NCBI GenBank assembly: GCA_964619725.1
Contig: CAZUFC010000028.1
Location: 8,535 to 72,534 of the forward strand
From: an uncultured bacterium
Lineage (GTDB): Bacteria > CSSED10-310 > CAZUFC01
Direction: 5' to 3'
Length of the DNA stretch: 64,000 nucleotides
The notes beneath the pieces were generated by a model. The model was not told the origin of the DNA and made no database searches. It saw only the letters and a program-made list of their open reading frames with translations. Positions 58,079-64,000 of the stretch are shown in pieces. Within the stretch, counting starts at the first letter, position 1; each line of letters starts with the position of its first letter. The position numbers and the translations under genes were made by a program.

Positions 58079-60511
58079 TCAATGCCTTTTCTTTGCGGGC
58101 GGTATATAGCGTTTCAGCAACAAAGAGAGCGAAACCACGGTTACGGAGCTCATCGCCATGGCCAGTCCTGCCAGTTCAGGACGAAAAGTGATTTTCCAGA
58201 CGGGATATAATATTCCGGCTGCGAGAGGGATAAGGGCTGAATTATAGGCAAAAGCCCAGAAGACATTCTGCTTGATGCGCGTCATCACTTTTTTCCCCAG
58301 TTGAACAGCGGCGACAGCATCTTTAATGTCATTGCGGACCAGAACCATGTCTCCGCTTTCTACAGCGATATCCGAACCTGCGCCTAGGGCGATGCCGAAA
58401 TCGGCCTGCGTCAGCGCCGGCGAATCGTTAATTCCGTCGCCGATGAAAGCGACCTTCAAGCCATCGGACTGGAAGCGTTTAACGATTTCCGCCTTGTCAT
58501 TAGGCATAACGTTGGATTGAATCTCATCGATATTTAAACGGCTCCCGACCGCTTGAGCGGTCTGCCGATCGTCTCCTGTGAGCATAACGGTTCTGATGCC
58601 CATTTTTTTCAGTTCATTCACGGCGGAATCGGCGCCGGTTTTTATTCTGTCGCTGATGCCGATCAGGCCAGTCAAATAGTTGTCGACCACTATCCAAACC
58701 AGTGTTTTATTTTCTTTATTCATGGCCTCGGCCCGTTCAAGCGCTTTATCAGGAACGACAACATTATTTTCATCCATCCAGGCTTTATTACCGATCAGGA
58801 CCGCTTTGCCGTATACCCGCCCTTTGATTCCTTTTCCGCCGGTTACTTCGACCTCTGCGGCTTCGACAAGCTCTATTTGACGCCGTCTGGCCTCATCCAC
58901 AATCGCTGCGCCCAGCGGATGCCCGGCATCCTTCTCGATTGAAGCTGCCAGACCAAGCATCTCATTTTCATCCGTCCCGTACGATTCAATATCGGCAACC
59001 ACCGGTTTTCCTTCCGTTAAGGTACCGGTTTTATCAAACAGCACGACGGAAATATCCGAGGATATCTCCAGAGTTTCAGCGTTTTTAATCAGAATGCCCA
59101 GTTCAGCGCCTCTGCCGACTCCGACAGAAATTGCAGTAGGAGTCGCCAACCCCAGTGCGCAGGGACAGGCGGTGACGAGAACCGCTATTAAAGTATTCAA
59201 AGCGAATATCAGGGGCTCCCCGAAAAGAAACAGCCAGGCTGCGGAAACGCTCAAAGCAATAATTAGTATAACCGGAATGAAGTAACTCACGACTTTATCC
59301 GCAAATTTTTGAATCGGCGGCTTGGAGGACTGGGCTTCTTCTACCAGCCTGATAATCTGCGCCAGCGTAGTGTCGCTTCCCACCCTGGTCGCTCTCATCT
59401 TCAACACCCCGTTCTGGTTGATCGTTCCGCCGATTACGGAATGCTCCGCTTTTTTGAATGCAGGTATCGGTTCTCCGGTAATCATTGCTTCGTCCACATA
59501 ACTCTCGCCATCCAGAACAACGCCATCCACAGGAATTTTGTCGCCGGCCTTAATTTTGAGAATATCCCCTTCTTTAACCTCTTCCGCCGGAATTTTTGTT
59601 TCATTGTTTTCTTTAATTAAAGTAGCCCTCTGAGGTTTTAAAGCGATCAGTTTTTTTATGGATTCGGAAGTCTTTGCTTTGGCCCGTTCTTCAAGATACC
59701 GTCCCAGCGTCAGGAATCCCGCCAGCATGAGCGCGGTATCGTAAAACATAAATTCGCCGGTAAGAAGAATCCTGAATGTACCCATGACGCTTGACAGATA
59801 AGCCGCGCCCATTCCCAGGGAATACATGACGTCCATGTTCAGAACGCCTTTGATTAAAGCGCGAAAACCGGCTTTAAAAATCGGAAAAGATACGAACAGG
59901 AACACAGGCGTCGAAACGATGAAAAACAGATATTCTTGAGGGAGGCCCAAGTCGAAGCCGGCATGCTTGATCAGCATCAGAACAAGACCCAGAACTATTC
60001 CTGAATAAAAACGTATTTTCTTGCGCTGAAGTTCTTGCCGGTATTGAGCGTCCGAATCCGGGGCGACGGCTTCTCCGGATAATCCCAGGAATTGAAAACC
60101 GGCCTTTTCAACCGCTTTTTTCATATCATCCGCTTCGATTGAGCCGGAGACATATTCGATTTCAGCTTTCCCCGATACGGCATTAACTTCAGCCGATACG
60201 ACGCCGGCAAGGCTTCCAAGCGCCTTTTCTACAGCCTGAGCGCACTTCACGCAACTCATGCCGCCGACCTTGAATGAAACGGTTTCAACATCGGTTCCAT
60301 ATCCCGCATCCTTAATCGCTTCCACAAAATCGGAAATTCCCGTTTGGGAAGCATCATAGTCGATATTCGCTTTTTCAGCGTTTAAATTCACTTCAGCTCT
60401 CTCAACTCCAGGAAGCTTTGAAAGCCTCTTCTCCACCGTTCCCGCACACATGGCGCAGGTCATTCCTCTTACTTTCAGACTGCTTTTGGTTTTGGAGTTC
60501 TCCACGATCAT
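58079..60511 (-). CDS. copA: Copper-translocating P1B-type ATPase
   Basis: Two HMA motifs (GMTCAMC, GMSCVKC), TGE, CPC, DKTGT, GDGIND, YN and MAMSS. Confidence 0.95.
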   Translation of the reverse strand: MIVENSKTKSSLKVRGMTCAMCAGTVEKRLSKLPGVERAEVNLNAEKANIDYDASQTGISDFVEAIKDAGYGTDVETVSFKVGGMSCVKCAQAVEKALGSLAGVVSAEVNAVSGKAEIEYVSGSIEADDMKKAVEKAGFQFLGLSGEAVAPDSDAQYRQELQRKKIRFYSGIVLGLVLMLIKHAGFDLGLPQEYLFFIVSTPVFLFVSFPIFKAGFRALIKGVLNMDVMYSLGMGAAYLSSVMGTFRILLTGEFMFYDTALMLAGFLTLGRYLEERAKAKTSESIKKLIALKPQRATLIKENNETKIPAEEVKEGDILKIKAGDKIPVDGVVLDGESYVDEAMITGEPIPAFKKAEHSVIGGTINQNGVLKMRATRVGSDTTLAQIIRLVEEAQSSKPPIQKFADKVVSYFIPVILIIALSVSAAWLFLFGEPLIFALNTLIAVLVTACPCALGLATPTAISVGVGRGAELGILIKNAETLEISSDISVVLFDKTGTLTEGKPVVADIESYGTDENEMLGLAASIEKDAGHPLGAAIVDEARRRQIELVEAAEVEVTGGKGIKGRVYGKAVLIGNKAWMDENNVVVPDKALERAEAMNKENKTLVWIVVDNYLTGLIGISDRIKTGADSAVNELKKMGIRTVMLTGDDRQTAQAVGSRLNIDEIQSNVMPNDKAEIVKRFQSDGLKVAFIGDGINDSPALTQADFGIALGAGSDIAVESGDMVLVRNDIKDAVAAVQLGKKVMTRIKQNVFWAFAYNSALIPLAAGILYPVWKITFRPELAGLAMAMSSVTVVSLSLLLKRYIPPAKKRH

Positions 60512-60734
60512 TCTCCTCTCACCTTGTTTAGATGCTTATCGGGAAGGATGGTTACTGAAAGAGCAGAGTTTTTGGGGAAAATGATCGCCGCTGTGAAATG
60601 CCTCTTAACAAAGCTGACTTTTATAGACGCTTGACACAATGGACGAATGATTTTCATTTTACACTTCAAATATAAGGATTTATAAAACTAATTTGTCAGT
60701 ACGAAAACAGATAAAACTGTGACTTCATAGAAAG

Positions 60735-60880
60735 CCCCCCTATATCCGGTAGAAGAGCGTTGATTTAATCGAAATTCGATGCGAACCATGGGAATAAAAA
60801 AATGTTATGAAAGATGATGCCTAATGATTTTGAAGCGCTTTTATTTTCGATTAAATCAACGGACCCGCAAGCGGGGGGAC
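60735..60880 (+). repeat. REP-like repeat interrupted by an inverted-repeat-bounded insert
   Basis: CCCCCCTATATCC [insert 60748-60863] CCCGCAAGCGGGGGGAC; uninterrupted form at 63976-64000. Confidence 0.7.
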
Positions 60881-60994
60881 TTTGCTTGTGAGCGCTATTT
60901 GACTGTCTGATTTCGGCAGTTCATTATTTTTGTTATTGCAAAAAACTCGAAACTCGTGGTTTTTTTATCAGCAACAGGAATTAATGCTGCCCGT

Positions 60995-61280
60995 TTATTC
61001 AGGCAGCAGAGTTATCACGCGGATTTCCGGGCTGCAGAGAAACCTCAACCGGGGAGCGTCGTATCTTTCCATCCCTATGCCTTTTGATACGGAAAGAGTT
61101 CCTGGACCGAAGGGCAGGAAATCGTCGGCGTATTTTCTGTGCAGACTGGTGAGCGTAAACAGGGGACCGAAGAAGGGTATTTGCACCTGACCGCCGTGAG
61201 TATGTCCGGCGAGCGCCAGAAAGGTTTCGTTGCGTTGAGCCAGCTTCCTGCCGTACGGAGTGCGAAGGGATTATTCCAGC
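60995..61280 (-). pseudogene. C-terminal remnant of a YkuE/YaeI-like metallophosphoesterase
   Basis: LAGHTHGGQV...SKGIG...RFLCSPEI; upstream frame broken by a stop/frameshift near IIPSHS. Confidence 0.75.
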
Positions 61281-61568
61281 TCTCTTGAAATGAGATTTCA
61301 AAATGAAAACGGCGCGTTACCCTCACCAGGGCGCCGTGCAGCCACATCGGGTAACAAACTACATAACGGTTGATGGGATATTGTTCGGGTCGATTTAACG
61401 GTCCCGAATTCCTCCGCCGGCATCGGCGAATATCAGCTCTACATCATGTCACTGGGAACGCAGGTTTCCAGCCTGCCTTGAAAATTATGGTTCAAGATCA
61501 AAAATATCGCTGAAATGCCCCATTGCGGTTCCATAAACCTCTTAGCGGCCTTTAGCAAATAATACATT

Positions 61569-61723
61569 GTCATTGATCAAAAATGCGTCTTTTGAGGCTA
61601 CAATTCTTCCGAGCATCCCATCATTATGTTTCGATTTCGATACCCACTCCGATTGCGATAACGATTACCGAAACAAGCTTTCAACCGTTTTGAAAGAAGT
61701 GTAAACCCGGTTTGATAAGTCCC
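61569..61723 (+). mobile_element. MITE-like dispersed repeat, copy C
   Basis: GTCATTGATCAAA...TTTGATAAGTCCC; colinear with copies A and B. Confidence 0.7.
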
Positions 61724-62010
61724 AAAATATTGGTCATTGATACAGACTCTCGCTGTCTGAGGAATTAAGGGGTTAGCGAAGGGCTACGACTGGCGCCTTT
61801 GTCGGAAAAGTTTAGGATTATTCGACAGATTTGTCTTCCAACACAGACGCAACAGCGGAAATCAGCTTATTTTTACCTTGCTTATGAGTACAAATTTTCG
61901 TAGACTTGTCATCAGCGAATCGCAAACGAAAACATCCAAGGCTGTAATTTTAAACGCTATGAAAAAGTCTTTTTACAATACAGTGTGACCAATTTCTGGA
62001 GGAGATGTAA

Positions 62011-63899
62011 ATGGATGGTCGAATATCCATCGTGGGAAATGACATATTATGTGAATGCGGCGACCGGGTACCGGCGTCGACTTCACGAATCCCTTTAAAA
62101 GACAATACGATAGAAAGATTACAAAACTGGATGCATCGATACCGTCGAGCGGTCCGGTCGGACGAAGACTCTGATATTCCAGTTCTGGGAGCTGAAATAT
62201 TTATTTGGCTGGATGAAAGCGGATGGGCTTCAAGATGGACACGCGGTTCGGGACGTCGGGGATTGGAGGTTGCGGTGAACGAGACGGAATCTGAAGCCGC
62301 ACGCGCTTTGCTTGGAATTCCCTGGGAGGCGCTCATGCAAAAGGGTGAATTTCTTGCCTTCAACAAACTCCAACCTTTCGCGGTCTTCCGCAGCATTGGC
62401 AGAAGGAGTAATGCAACGCCTGTGACGCCGGAGCGCCAGGACATTGCCATGATGTTTATGGCTGCTGCTCCTGAAGGGGAAATCGAGCTCGATTTTGAAG
62501 CGGAAGAGGCGGCTATTTTAAAAGCCACGAAAGCTTTGCCTCTCCAGGTAGCTGTTGAGGAAATCGGGCGAAATCCCAAAGAAGGATAACGTTGCACAGG
62601 AGTTTTTTAAAAGGGTATCATTCAGAATCTACCGTGATGCCCTGACGCACTTCCAGAGAAGGCAGCTTCGGGCAGCAACCCTGTTTTCCGAAAATGTGCC
62701 TGTGCCGGTTCCCACGCTTGAAGCATCAGGAAGCGCTCTGAACGTTGATGATTCCCATGCATGCCTGACGCGTTTGATCGGACTGGGGCTTGTGGATATC
62801 TGGCCCGAATTCCGGGATATAGAACATGCGGCCCTGAATCCTCTGGCCAGATCGCTTGCAGGAGAAAATCTGACCGAAGCGGAGCGGAAAGTCCTGGCCG
62901 CAGCGGTTATGGTCCCGCTGTCGGAAGCCTGGCAGGATAATGATGGTTATTTCCCTACTAGACTTTCGGGGAGAAGAAGCTGCAAGACTGGCCCTGATGG
63001 GGGATGCGGCGCCGGAGATTCTTCATGCAGCGGCTCTGGCTGCCGGAGTTTATCTTTTTAAAATCAAACACAAGGCAAAAGCGGCGTTAAAAATTTTTCA
63101 ATCAGCCCTGGAAAAAATTGAAAAGAAAGGCGGAACTCTGCATCCGTTATTTTTACGGTGGGCTTCAGAATGTGCAGAGCGTATCGGTGAAACAGAACTG
63201 CAAATTTCTCTATTGGAAAAGGCTCTGAACCTTAAATCAGATGATAATATCTCGATGGCTCAAATAAGAATGTCGTACGCTCTGGCGACTAAATACCGGC
63301 AGGACCCTGAAAAGGTTCTTCAAACGCTGAGGGAAACAGCGGATACTTTTACTGAACAAGGCGATGTGCGCTCCCGTGCCGTAACCATGGGAAAAATAGC
63401 CGACATACTGCATCAGAGGGGCGAGTCCGGGGAGGCGTTGAGAATCCGGCGGGAGGAACAACTTCCCGTATACGAGAGACTGGGCGATGTGCGCTCCCGT
63501 GCCGTAACCATGGCACAAATAGCCGCCATACTGCATCAGAGGGGCGAGTCCGGGGAGGCGTTGAGAATATTAACTCAAGAGGCTTTGCCTGACTTCAAAA
63601 AAATCATGGATATCAAAAGCATTGCTGAGGTTACGTTTTTTTGCGCCCAAATTCGTCTCGACCGGGGCGGTCTTTCCACTGGAGAAACTCAGACCATTTC
63701 CGAAGAATTGAGTGAAAGCTTTCGCTTGAATACCAGGCTCGACCGGCCCATTGGAATCGCCGCCTCCGGATGGATTCTCGGACAGATTTTAGCGACGATG
63801 AAAAAAACCGCAGACGCCCTCGACATCCTTGAAAGAACAGCGTCCGCCATGGATCGATTGAAATGGGTCAACCGTGCTTCACAGGTTCTGAACTCCTGA
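62011..63899 (+). pseudogene. Disrupted CHAT-domain/TPR protein
   Basis: Three overlapping frames; PWE and FMAAAP...LDFEAEE..IL mark the start of a CHAT domain that stops at VEE; frameshifts near 62560 and 62960; TPR-like repeats at the end. Confidence 0.7.
63360..63568 (+). repeat. Tandem 123-nt-period repeat (41-aa TPR-like unit)
   Basis: 86-nt segments 63360-63445 and 63483-63568 differ at 3 positions. Confidence 0.9.
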
Positions 63900-63975
63900 C
63901 AAGAATGTCACAATCTATTGAAAAAGTGTGATTTTCTTGCATTGTAACTCGGCATAATAATTGTGAAGTTTTTAG

Positions 63976-64000
63976 CCCCCCCCTATATCCCCCCGCAGGC
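63976..64000 (+). repeat. REP-like repeat, truncated by the window edge
   Basis: CCCCCCCCTATATCCCCCCGCAGGC matches the reconstructed repeat at 60735-60880. Confidence 0.65.

Noticed and set aside
63360-63568. DGR template/variable repeat pair
   Set aside because: Both copies are in-frame tandem coding units, one mismatch is G/C rather than at adenine, and there is no reverse transcriptase in the window.
1-64000. Genome-wide UGA reassignment (code 4/25) as the explanation of the in-frame TGA
   Set aside because: Many complete genes here end at TGA (pspA-like, manC, speD, speE, yjbQ, dsbD, copA) and no other intact gene is broken by TGA.
1-64000. CRISPR array, rRNA, prophage or intact transposase
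   Set aside because: No regularly spaced repeat-spacer array or corresponding genes were seen.

Overview
Bacterial chromosomal window (roughly 45% GC by eye; standard code, TGA is the normal stop of many genes) from an uncultured-type diderm lineage. It holds housekeeping genes (partial der, ssb, speD/speE, manC, ltaE, dsbD, copA, tRNA-Gly-CCC), an ECF sigma/anti-sigma/Spy-like operon, a cobalamin radical-SAM/methyltransferase/sulfatase-like cluster, an RsbW/V/U module, several large secreted enzymes and a decayed right end. Two observations stand out. (1) A secreted five-bladed beta-propeller protein (39911-41575) is split by one in-frame TGA followed by a SECIS-like hairpin, making it a candidate new selenoprotein. 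(2) Four unrelated secreted proteins, including that one, end in the same ~120-aa C-terminal domain, suggesting a lineage-specific sorting or anchoring system analogous to the T9SS CTD. Also present are a three-copy MITE-like repeat, an inverted-repeat element nested in a REP-like repeat, and a probable ATT start for the ECF sigma. All calls come from reading motifs by eye; no database searches were run.
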